A stretch of DNA of 64,000 nucleotides from Octopus sinensis. Lineage: Eukaryota. The notes below the pieces were generated by a model. It was not told the origin of the DNA. It saw only the letters and a program-made list of their open reading frames with translations, and searched no databases. Shown in pieces: positions 52,912-64,000 of this stretch; the stretch's first letter is position 1, and each line of letters starts with the position of its first letter. Position numbers and translations under genes: made by a program. The stretch spans positions 22,320,001 to 22,384,000 of the forward strand of contig NC_043010.1 in NCBI RefSeq assembly GCF_006345805.1. The letters are read 5' to 3'.

Positions 52912-53225
52912 CATTATTATTACTGGCGGAAACGTTAGCACACCGGGCGAAATGCTTAGCGGTATTTCGTCCGTCTTCATGTTCTGAGTTCAAATGCCAC
53001 CGAGGTCGACTTTACTTTTCATCCTTTCGAGGTCGACAAAATAAGTACCAGTTGAACACTGGGGTCGATTACATCGACTCATCTTCTCCCCCAAGATTAC
53101 TGCACTTGCGGCAAAATTTGAAACCATTATTATTATGATCATTATTTTCATAATTATCATTATTATTATTATTATCATTATTTTCATGATTATTATTATT
53201 ATTATCATTATCATCATCATTGTTG

Positions 53226-53256
<31 letters not shown>

Positions 53257-53355
53257 CATTATCATTAATATTATTATTATTACGTGAGTGGTGAGGGGAA
53301 ACATAGTTTTGCTACTTTATCTGCATTATTCATGAGTAATTTTTCAAATGACAAG

Positions 53356-53430
<75 letters not shown>

Positions 53431-53480
53431 CGATGATGATGATGATAACGATGATGATGATGATGATGATGATGAGAAAG
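52760..53480. repeat. (ATT/ATC)n and (GAT)n tracts with a family-2 SINE at ~52925-53130 (+)
   Basis: Visible repeats; ggcggaaacgttagcacaccgggcgaaatgc SINE head. Confidence 0.9.
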
Positions 53481-54051
53481 AGGCAGATACAGATATTGTT
53501 GGCGATGATGGTGACGAACATTGTAATGATGTCGACCACGAGGAGAACGGTGCTGCAGGTGGAAGTGCTAATACTGACGAAACGAATACTGTCACGGTGG
53601 TGATGGTGGTTTTCGGGAGGGTGGGATCGAGTGCAATGTGAAGCTAGTTTTGCTACTTTTGTTTCCAGCAGTTGTCAATGGTGGCGCTGACCATGATGAC
53701 GACACCAATGAGGCTACTGTGTGCGGGGTGGGGTGGGGTGTTTAAAACCAGGTAGACGTTCTCTGTTTTTTCACTATTTCTATGGTTCCAAAACTTCGCT
53801 CTTTCCCAGACCCCCTGCCAAGGTGTTCAAGTAATTAAAACTGCTAAACAAATCAAATATGCAAATGACATTTTTTACTGCTTGACTATGTACGTGTCTA
53901 TGTGGTTGTGTGAGTACATGTATGTATAATTGTATGTGGGCTTGTGTGAGCGGGAAAGAGAGAGAGGAGGAGCGAACGAGATAGAGGTAGATAGCTAGAG
54001 AGAGGGAGAAAATGATATATATACATACATATTCATATATATGTATAAATA

Positions 54052-54120
<69 letters not shown>

Positions 54121-54133
54121 ATATATATATATA

Positions 54134-54166
<33 letters not shown>

Positions 54167-54303
54167 AGAGAGAGAGGGGGGATAATGAGATAGAGGTAGA
54201 TAGCTAGAGAGAGAGAGAGAGCAGGATATATATACATGCATATTTATATGTATGTATGTATATATGTATATATGTGTATATAATATATATATATATATAT
54301 ATA

Positions 54304-54361
<58 letters not shown>

Positions 54362-55397
54362 AGATAGAGATAGCTAGCTAGCTAGACAGATAGACAGAGA
54401 GAGAGTGAGAGAGAGAGAATGAACGAGATAGGGATAGATAAATAGAGAGAACGGGAGACAGATAGATAGACAGAGAGCGAAAGAGAGGGAGAGAGATAAA
54501 CAGACAGAGACAGACATATATAGAAGTTGGTATTATGTGTATCTCTATATTTACGTATATGTGTGTCTCTATGTAGCTGGCACGTGTACATGTCTATGTG
54601 TATGCCATGTCATGAGTGTGTTTGTGACAATATCTGTTTTATTAAACTTCAGTCTGAGACATTTAAGGCGCATGCGTATGCGTATATGTTGATATGTATA
54701 TTTGCACGCGTGTGCGTGTGCGTGTGCGTGTGCATCTGCACATGGATACATTCACCAAGCATATGTACATGGTGGTTGTATGTGATATACAGCAAAGGGC
54801 AGTACGCATGTACTTTTGTGTGAAAGCATGGCCAAGAATAATTATTCCACGACTTAACATTTCGAGTGAGCGAATGTGTGTGCATAAGTGTGCAAGCGTG
54901 CGTGAGTGCGCTTGTGTGTGTGTGTCTGCGTGTGTGTGAGCGTGTGTGTTTACGTGCGTCTGCGTGCGTGTGTGGAAAATGTATATTATATATGCATATA
55001 TGCTGTTTTATTATTCAGTATTTGGAAAATTTTTAATGGTGAATTTCATACAGTTGGTTTAGCACACATATTTTACTAAGCACACACACACACCCACACA
55101 CACACACACACACGCGCGCGTGCGCGCGCGCACACATACTCATACACACGCATAAATACATACACATAGTCATAATAGATAACTTAAATATACATCAAAC
55201 ACTCAATGTCACCATTTATCATGCCCTCTTTGTCTCAGTTTTTGTTTTTAGTCGAACGAATCAGCCGCCGCACTTATTTTTAAAAGCCGGTATTTGTTCT
55301 ATCGACTGAACCGCCAATTGATGAGTGCCGAAAACAAACCAAAACCGGTTGTCAAGCGCCGGTGAGGCACAAACACAAGCAGTCATAGTTATATATA

Positions 55398-56393
55398 CGA
55401 GGGGAAGTCAAAAATTATCCGAACTTTATCATTATTATTGCCACATTGCATTCTGCGCATGCGTGCTCATAATTGGTACTCTTGTGATCATGGGATCAAT
55501 ATTTGAGCCTGATCGCACAATTTTTTTCTTTCTTGCTTTACAGTATAAGCATGGCCGCTCCACTAGCAATGTGCACCAAAGAACAAACAGCAGTGATCCG
55601 ATGTCCTAGGTCAGAAGGTGTTTCAGGTGCTGAAATTCGTCGGAAGCTTTTAGCACAATACGGTGAAGGTGCACAACCGCATAGAAGTGTGTGAATTGAT
55701 CGAGGATATTAAAAGTGGCCGGACAAGCGTGACATACGAAGAAGGAACAGAACACTCGTCAACCTCCACCACTGACAAGAAGATTCAGCAAGCTCGTGAG
55801 ATGGTAATGGCGTACCGGTGAGTAATCATCGATGAGGCAGCTCGTTCTCTGCAGATTAGTCATGGTTCTACTTGTCAAATCACCCACGATGAGCTCAGCT
55901 TCTATAAAGTTTGTGCAAGATGGGTGCAACAGAGCTTACAGCAAGACACAGTGCATTGCTGGCCAGCAAACTGAAGCCAGCAATTCGCACTAAACGCCGA
56001 AGCTTATTGTCGAAGAAAGATTTGTGGTTGCATGACAATGCACGCACACACACGGCCGCCCAGACCGTTGAAACCATAAACCAATTGGGTTTTGAGGTGC
56101 TGGAACACAGTCTACAGCCCAGATATCGCTCCTTTCGACTAGCATGACTTTAGATTGCTCAAAGAGGGATTTACGAGGTCGTCGACTTCCTATGGATGAA
56201 GATGTGAAAGAAGCGGTACATAAATGGTTGCTCGGTCAACCGAAAACGTTCTTCTTGAAGGGAATACGCAAGCTGAACCAAGTGCATCGAAAAGGAAAGA
56301 GACTGTATAGAAAAATGACATACTTGTTTATCCCCTGCTTTTGTGTAAATGCATTGAGGAAACAAGAGTGCGTATGATTTTTACACTCCCAGG
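55398..56393 (+). mobile_element. Internally deleted, decayed mariner inserted in the (TA)n of a family-1 SINE
   Basis: TA-cgaggggaagtcaaaa left end; AAPLAMCTKEQ..VIR, GRTS, RWV, LHDNARTHTA; SINE halves at ~55245-55395 and ~56394-56510. Confidence 0.85.
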
Positions 56394-56971
56394 TATATAT
56401 ATGCACCGAGTTTCTTTCAGTTTCCGTCTACGAACTCTACTCACAATGGTTTTGTTGGCCTTGAGACATAGTAGAACACACTTGCCCAAGATGTCACGCA
56501 GGACGCAGGAGAAAGAATTTTTTCGTCATGGATAACTACAGTGAATTTGCCTTTAGAAGTTGAAGTATGTCACAGACATTTTTCAACTAACCTAAACTTC
56601 GTTTGTTCCTAAACACTGCAAGGTACTGGTTCTGTTGAATTCTTTCCGACCGAGCTGTCTAATAGTACGACTCGGTTATTGACCGCATTTTAGTTGAATA
56701 TACGACTTTAAATCTGCCCAGAGTCACCTCTCTTAGCTATCCACTTGATAAAGGTAAAAGAGCTAGAGAAGTTGCGTCTGAGAATGATATAGAGCAACAC
56801 TGTGCAGATGAAATAACACCTTTTACCATACGAGAGAATTTTTTATCCAGCGTAACTGCAGTGAACTTGCTTTTAGAAGTTGAAATATCTCATAAATATA
56901 TCTTAAATCAACTGAAGTTCACTTATGCCTGAAAACTACCTGATGCTGATAATGCAGAGTATATATGTATA

Positions 56972-58165
56972 CGAGGGGCGTTCAATAAGTAATGCCCCTG
57001 ACCCACTTCCGATAGCAGTAAAGCAACGAAACTTGGCACAGTTATTAGTCTTTTTCTACATAGGAACCACCCAGAGTTACGCATTTCTCCCATTGCTTGA
57101 TGCAGCTCTGGAGACCGTTTTTGTAGAAGACCCCAGCTTGGTCCTCCAACCTGAACGTGACTTCAGAAATCAAGGCTGTATCATCTGGGAAACGCTTTCC
57201 TTTCAAACACAACTTCATGACTGGGAAGCGGTGAAAATCAGAGGGTGCAAGGTCAGGAAAGTAGGGGGTGGGTGGGGAGGAGTTCATAGCCATACGCCTG
57301 TGCTTCTGATCTGGCGACAAGCGAGTTGTGGACCGGAGCGTTGTCCTGCAGGAGGAGGATGCCTTTGCTGATCTTGCCCCGCCTCTTGATTTTGATAACT
57401 TCTCTTAATTTCCTCAAAAGTGAAGCATAATAGGCTCCTGCAATTGTGGTACCCTTTGAGAGGAAATCTGTCATCACTACTCCGTCCTGGTCCCAGAAGA
57501 CTGTGAGCATGACCATGCCAGCGGAGGGCTGCACCCTTGCCTTCTTTGGAGGGAGTGATTCACGGTGCTTCCACTGCATTGACTGGGCTTTGGTCTCTGG
57601 ATCATCGTGATGGACTCAGATTTCATCCTGTGTAATCAGTCTTTTGAAAAACTTTGACTCATCTTCTTGGCACATCTCCAAATTCACCCTCGAGCACTCG
57701 ACGCGTTCTTGCTTCTGGAAAGGCGTGAGCAACCTGGGAATCCATCTGGCAGACACCTTTTGCATATGCAAATGGTCATGAATGATAGTTTCCACAGACC
57801 CGGTACTAATCTTGACCTCATGGGCTATTTGGCGAATAATTATGCGTCGATCTTCCAAAATGGCAGCCTCAACTTGACGGACAGATGCCTCATCAATGGC
57901 AGAAGGGGCGACCAGATCTGGGAGCTGTTTCCACAGAGTTCCGATCATGTTTGAATTCACGATGCCAGCGTTTTACAAGGTCATATGATGGGGCATCATC
58001 ACCATAAGTTACTTTCATTTTATCAAAAGTCTCCCGTGGTGTGCGTCCTTTCAAATACAAAAACCGGATCACTGCTCGACACTCAACAGGCTCCATTTCA
58101 CACTTGACTCGGTTCAAACACCTGTAAATCAGAAACCACAATTAATTCAGAGCTGTAATTTGCGG
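56972..58165 (-). mobile_element. Mariner element (frameshifted transposase ~57045-58096), 5' TIR not recognisable
   Basis: MEPVECRAVIRFL, RSGRP, SARWIPRLLT, ITQDE, QDNAP, PDLAPSDFH.FP; TIR TA-cgaggggcgttcaataagtaatg at 56970. Confidence 0.9.
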
Positions 58166-58242
58166 TCGAAGTGTGCGGAAATAAAGAGAAAAGGAATAAA
58201 TTGACTCAAGGCGCGGGTAACATGGGAGACAACTGTGACTTG

Positions 58243-58279
<37 letters not shown>

Positions 58280-58450
58280 CTCATGTAGATATGCGGGTTG
58301 TGTTGGAGCTAGTATGTGTGAAATGTGTATATGAAGCTATATATATATATATATTCTTTTAGTTATTTCTGTCATTTGACTGTGGCCATGCTGGAGCACT
58401 GCTTTTAGTTGAAGAAATCGACGACTCATTCTTTGTGAGAGACTGATAGA

Positions 58451-59071
58451 ATGGACATAGTTCCATCTTAACAAGAGCACTCAGAGAGCACAAACCTCTG
58501 CCAAGGCAAAACCAACGTCCTCTAAACAATTAGGCAGAGATGATTTTTAAAACGAGAAGAGCTGAAATACATTCGATTCCTCTCACAAACGAGAATACTA
58601 AAAATGAAACTGACTGCTATCAAAAATTAAGAAAAAAAAACAGGAAAAGTAATAATCCAGAATCCTTGTCCGGTACTAGATCAATCCCAAAATCTAATCA
58701 GTCACAAGGACAAACATCCCTGACAGTTTCATCCGAATCCATCCAGCGGTTCTTGAGATGTCTTGTTCACTGGCAAACAAACAAACAAACACGACTGTAA
58801 AACAATACCTCCGCAATCTCTAAGGCGGAGATAATTAAATACGAGCCTGTTTGATCAAAGGAAAAGGACTTTACATATACAAACAGAGTCACTCGGAACT
58901 CTCAGCAGGAGCAATATATGTTATTCATAAAATCTTTCGATTGATCCAAGTTTAGTAGAACTCTTCTATGGTGTGGATTGCCGTGGGTCGATCTGGTTGA
59001 GATGGCACACAGCTGTGCCTTACCAATCAGACTATCGACGACAAAATTAAACACTTAATTGCTTCACCAAC
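58451..59071 (-). repeat. Left arm of ~620-bp inverted duplication (HINE-like element 58470-58836 plus unique flank)
   Basis: Near-identical reverse complement of 61686-62304. Confidence 0.95.
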
Positions 59072-59166
59072 CTATTCTATCAGTCTCTCTTGCCGAACCG
59101 CCAAGTTTCGGTTGTCAAGCGATGGTGGAGGAACAAACACAAACACACGCACACAAATACACACAC

Positions 59167-59214
<48 letters not shown>

Positions 59215-59370
59215 GATGGGCTTTCAGTTTTCGTCTGCTAAATCCACTCACAAGGCTTTGGTCAGCCCGAGGCTATAGTAGAAGACACTTGCAGCAGGTA
59301 CTGCGCAGTTGGACTGAACCCGGAACCATATGGTTCGGAAGCAAGCTTCTTAGCACACTGCCACTGCTAC
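59072..59370 (-). mobile_element. 5' part of family-1 SINE whose 3' part is at ~58350-58440
   Basis: Consensus order ...tctttgtaag(cctagtac)ttattctatc... is split by the 620-bp arm. Confidence 0.8.
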
Positions 59371-59589
59371 GCCTATGTATATGCACACACACACATATAT
59401 ATATGTGTGTGTATATGTTTGTTTATGTATATATGTGTGTATGTATGTACATATATATCCCTAATATCCCAGAAACAGCTGTAAGACTATATCTATATCT
59501 CATTTCGATAAATGTCCTGAAAACTCCTCACAGCCGTGGCTTTGGTAACTCAGTTTGTCTAATACATATATACAGTTGGAATTTACAAA

Positions 59590-59750
59590 AAATAACACAT
59601 AGACGAACACAGGTGTATAAACAACAAACAGGTATATTAGTTTAACTCTCGGGAAAAGGAGAAAGTCTTTTACGTTTCGAGCCTACGCTCTTCAACAGAA
59701 AGGAACACAAGAAAATAAACAGAGAGAGAATAAAAAAGCTTCATCGGCGG
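59590..59750 (-). mobile_element. Solo pLTR-like unit with hammerhead-like motif (59667-59702)
   Basis: Minus strand CTTT-CTGTTGA-A-GAGC(gtag)GCTC-GAA-ACGT-A-AAAG. Confidence 0.7.
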
Positions 59751-59899
59751 TCAATGCCTGAACAAGAGCAACAGTTTAAATCATTTGCATATTACATAAT
59801 GTTTCACAACCCGAAAATACATTTAATCATTCGGATTTTGACTACTATTCCATTATTGGGTATGAGCCTGTCCTTGTCTGAGGTTCATGAACGTGTATA

Positions 59900-60240
59900 T
59901 ATTGAGACCCCCTTCGGTTATGGCTGGCCGTGGGCTTGCACCTGGAAAGTTACCCTCCCACGCACAAGTCTGAGCAAGGTTGTTTATGGAAGACCAGCAG
60001 TCACCCATGCATACTGGCGTCCCCTCTCCACGCCACCAGTGTTATCCAAGGGAAAGGCAGCGGCCGATACAGCTTGGCACCTGTAACGTCGCAACTCATT
60101 TCTACAGCTGAGTGAACTGGAGCAACGTGAAATAAAGTGTCTTGCTCAAGAACACAACACGCAGCCTGGTCCGGGATTCGAACTCACAACCTCACGATCG
60201 TAAGCTCGACGCTCTAACCACTGAGCCATGCGCCTTCACA
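59900..60240 (-). mobile_element. tRNA-derived SINE with well-preserved head and CORE-like block
   Basis: Minus strand GGCGCATGGCTCAGTGGTTAGAGC (A box), GAGTTCGAATCCC (B box), then TTCTTGAGCAAGACACTT...CTCAGCTGTAGAAATGAG. Confidence 0.8.
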
Positions 60241-60686
60241 TGTATATATATATGTGTGTGTGTGTGTGTCTGTGGGGGGGGGAGGCGCGCATCTGTGTCT
60301 ATTTGAAGCATGATCAGCTCAGTATTGTCATATGCACACTCTCACCATCACCCCCGCTACTACCGCCACCACCACCACCACCACCACCGCCATCATCATT
60401 ATGATTGCCATTAAATTGTCATTATCATCATAACATACCCTAGACGTCCCTCCTTCATCTCTTCCCCCTATATTCCTCTACCACTCTCTTTCACTCTTTC
60501 TCACTCTCTCTCTCTCTCTCTCACTCTCTCTCTGCCTAACTCTCTCTCTCCCTAACTCCCTCCCTTTCTCTGTTCTGCAAGCATATAAGCCCGTCCGGAC
60601 GATAGTCCCCTAACTTGTCATTAACCATAATTTGAAACACAACTGACGGTACGCATAAAATCCTCCCTTGTCTTGAGATGATGATG

Positions 60687-60734
<48 letters not shown>

Positions 60735-61193
60735 TAATAATAATAAAATACAAAATGCAAAGGAACGAAAAGAGAAAGAAGGAACAACACAACACAGGAA
60801 AAGTGGTCGTATTATTTGAGTGTGAGAGAATGAGATGAGAGAAGGGATGAGAGGGAGAGAGAAAGAAAGGTGGTGGTGGTGGTGGTGGAAAAGAGCAGGA
60901 CGACAAAAAGAAGGATGGAGAAGTAGATGGAAAATGGCGGGGAAGATGGAAATATGTAATCCAAAATTGCTGGAATGTGAATGAATGCTACAATGGAGGT
61001 TTTATTGAGAGATTTAAATTGAAGGTGATCCTGTATATGGGGAAGAGAGATGGTTAAGAGGGAGAGAGATGGGAAGAGAGAATGAGACGAAAAGAACGGA
61101 TGGGAGGGAAAGTGAGAGGTGGAGAGAAGAATGAATGAAATGAATATTTATGTATCAAGAGAGTGATAAAGAAAATGATGGTGAAAGAGAGAA

Positions 61194-61226
<33 letters not shown>

Positions 61227-61685
61227 GAGAGAGCAGGAGAGATACAAACGAGTAAAGGGGCGAGTGAGACAAGAAAGAGCATAAACAGAACGAGCGATGA
61301 GGAGAAACTAAGAGAGAAGGAGGAAGAGCGGGAGGTTAGTGGGTTGCGGGAAACAGAACGAGAAAGAAGGGAGAAAACAAAGTTGTGATAAAGGGACTGG
61401 CTGAAAGAGAAGGAGAGAGAGAGAGAGAGAGAGAGAGAGGCAAACAGACAGACAGACAGAAAGAGATACATAGGGGGTCGGAGTGTGAGGTAGAGTATTT
61501 CAGAATATATTATGTGAGATATTGAGAACGATAGAGAGATTGAAAATGAGAGACAGAGTGTCATAGACAGGGTGAGAGCTGTCAACTGAAACTGGTGACA
61601 GTATGGGAGAATTCTTCGTCCTGTGACCCTTAGAGTGGTCGCACTGATGAAAAGGGATCACAGGAACGGAGACAGAGTTTAAAAT

Positions 61686-62304
61686 GTTGGTGAAGCAATT
61701 AAGTGTTTAATTTTGTCGTCGATAGTCTGATTGGTAAGGCACAGCTGTGTGCCATCTCAACCAGATCGACCCACGGCAATCCACACCATAGAAGAGTTCT
61801 ACTAAACTTGGATCAATCGAAAGATTTTATGAATAACATATATTGCTCCTGCTGAGAGTTCCGAGTGACTCTGTTTGTATATGTGAAGTCCTTTTCCTTA
61901 GATCAAACAGGCTCGTATTTAATTATCTCTGCCTTAGCGATGGCGGTGGTATTGTTTTACAGTCGTGTTTGTTTGTTTGTCAGTGAACAAGACATCTCAA
62001 GAACCGCTGGATGGATTCGGATGAAACTGTCAGGGATGTTTGTCCTTGTGACTGATTAGATTTTGGGATTGATCTAGTACCGGACAAGGATTCTGGATTA
62101 TTACTTTTCCTGTTTTTTTTTTTCTTAATTTTTGATAGCAGTCAGTTTCATTTTTAGTATTCTCGTTTGTGAGAGGAATCGAATGTATTTCAGCTCTTCT
62201 CGTTTTAAAAATCATCTCTGCCTAATTGTTTAGAGGACATTGGTTTTGCCTTGGCAGAGGCTTGTGCTCTCTGAGTGCTCTTGTTAAGATGGAACTATGT
62301 CCAT
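61686..62304 (+). repeat. Right arm of the inverted duplication (HINE-like element 61920-62285 plus flank)
   Basis: Near-identical reverse complement of 58451-59071. Confidence 0.95.
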
Positions 62305-63045
62305 ATCTGTCACTTTCCTTGCTAACAAATATCAGATTTCCCCCAAATAATGTAATTTTTTAATGAAATGAAATCCTGAATTTCTGGGAATTACCTCCTC
62401 TTTTTTTCAGCGTCGGAGACAGCAACCAAAGATATTTTCTTTTTCTTATTAAGGGACGGATATATTGACTGGGAGTACGAAGTTCAGTGCATACCGATTT
62501 ATCTTTTTTCTTCTTCTTTAGGAGCCATATGCAGAACGTAGCTCTTTGCATTCTATTCTAGTCAGGTGTTGGTAGCTATGGTTCATAAACTGACCACAAG
62601 TGTGGACAATCCAACCGGTAATTGGGCAGTAAGAACAGGTAAATTACTACGTTGATAAGACGGTGATAGAAACCTGAGAATTTTCAGCCGGAATCGGATC
62701 GAATTTTGTTTATTCAGGGCTATTACTAGATTTTCCAATCTGTTCTTGTTTGTTTAATGCTTTATGATTCGCAATAATTTTGACAAACTCATCTGTCTTT
62801 GTTTATCAAGGAATACTTCGCTCAATGTCCCTTTTAATTTTAAGATGAAAATTTGGTCCGAGGGAGATTTGATAGCTATTTCTAGCAGGCCAAACGATTT
62901 TGTAGAAGCTCATTCTATCATAATTACTGTTATTTAAGCCTTAAATATTCCAGAGATGGCCATCACATTCTTTTTCCAAACAATCTATATTTATAACACA
63001 CATTCCCTAGTATATCCTTCCATATTTTAAAACAATATGGAAAGA

Positions 63046-63204
63046 TACATTATTTACATTTGACGGATATTTGTCCTCGTCTTGTCTGTTTCGGCTAATA
63101 TACTCTCCAGCCTTCATCAGGTGTCTTGGTGCATATTTCGTAGTGGTTAAGAGCACGGACTACTTACCACAAGATTCCGAGTTCGATTCCAGGCAGTGAA
63201 TTGA

Positions 63205-63235
<31 letters not shown>

Positions 63236-63503
63236 TCTTTTCTACTCTAGGTACAAAGCCCGAAATTTGTGGGAAGGGGTCCAGTCGATTAGATCGACCC
63301 CAGTACGCAACTGATACTTAATTTATCTACCCTGAAAGAATGAAAGGAAATAATAATAATAACATCGAAATATACCTTAGGAATGAGAATCCATGTTGGA
63401 AATTTCTCCAAGACACCTGATGAAGGCTGGAGTGTATATTAGCTGTAACGTTGTTAGCAACAATCAAGATTAGGAGAAATATCCGTCAAATGTAAATAAT
63501 GTA
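63046..63503 (+). mobile_element. Short element with inverted hammerhead-containing arms enclosing a tRNA-like head and (AAT)n, with an inserted family-2 SINE fragment (~63236-63348)
   Basis: 63046-63129 is the reverse complement of ~63408-63503; CTGATGA-A-GGCT..AGC(C/T) in both arms; TAGTGGTTAAG and GAGTTCGATTCC at 63141-63190. Confidence 0.75.
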
Positions 63504-63793
63504 AACAATATAAATACTGTACATAATTCCTTATCTCTTAAAAATACAACTGGAATATGGGGAGACATGAAATATATTCGGCTGCTATTTATAGCAGATT
63601 AATCGACCACAGAGAGCCAGTGTGTTGATTCTGATGATTGTCATTGTTGTTAAGAAAATCCCAGGTGGTTATAGTATTAGTCATGGGGCTAATGGTGGAG
63701 ATCATGTTGCTGATAGTTGTAGTGGTGATAGAATGATACTGTTTACCTCCAGGTTATCCTTGACTCTACAAATCTATGAACAAAAGACTTCCA

Positions 63794-63926
63794 AGTAAAT
63801 ATTGTTTGCCAACATAACATGGCAGTCCTGGTTTAGGTCGAATGTTGCTGTAACTTAGCCCCAGGAGACATCGTCTTCAGCTGGCTATACGACACGATCT
63901 GTATCCTTATATTTTCGAACAAAGGA
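63794..63926. mobile_element. Half copy of the palindromic MITE at 2049-2290
   Basis: attgtttgccaacataacatggcagtcctggtttagg..gaatgttgctgtaa.ttagccccaggagacat match. Confidence 0.85.
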
Positions 63927-64000
63927 ATCAAGCACCCCCACTCAGCTCAAAACAATATCTGTGTATCGCGATTTCCGGATTATTTCCCTTCACCAGCACA

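Noticed and set aside
53348-53641. Poly-Asp ORF and the many poly-I, YI, CV, LSIY ORFs
   Set aside because: Translations of (GAT)n, (AAT)n, (TA)n, (TG)n and (TAGA)n microsatellites.
56539-56925. ~65-bp diverged direct repeat (56539-56605 vs 56859-56925)
   Set aside because: Short and diverged, no associated structure.
60165-60240. tRNA gene (also 63139-63195 and other heads)
   Set aside because: A/B boxes are followed by SINE bodies; no complete cloverleaf or acceptor stem could be verified.
61644-61650. CTGATGA heptamer
   Set aside because: No paired stem II followed by GAAA.

Overview
AT-rich, microsatellite-saturated eukaryotic DNA, most likely an octopus (coleoid cephalopod) intronic or intergenic region; this is inferred from the repeat families and simple-repeat composition. 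No complete host gene can be identified, only low-confidence candidate exons, and most listed ORFs are translations of microsatellites. The window is dominated by mobile elements: four head-to-tail 5'-truncated RLE-type (R4/Dong-like) LINEs within (TAA)n tracts (3.6-9.3 kb); a near-full-length frameshifted Neptune-type Penelope-like element (13.3-17.9 kb) and PLE fragments; three decayed mariners and a fragment; three Helentron/DINE-1-like non-autonomous elements; MITEs; and dozens of tRNA-derived SINEs of about three families. The most notable signal is a set of type-I hammerhead ribozyme (HHR) motifs read directly from the sequence. They occur in the PLE pseudo-LTR and in solo ~200-bp pLTR-like units that share a non-canonical CUGU(U/A)GA core. 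They also occur in two unrelated short elements bounded by outward-facing HHR-containing inverted repeats (45391-46157, with one fully canonical HHR; 63046-63503, enclosing a tRNA-like Pol III head). Other oddities are SINEs joined at fixed positions in SINE heads, a SINE-derived ~186-bp tandem array, a 129-bp MITE carrying a SINE fragment, and a ~620-bp inverted duplication that split a SINE. No searches or folding programs were run; family names are by recognition.
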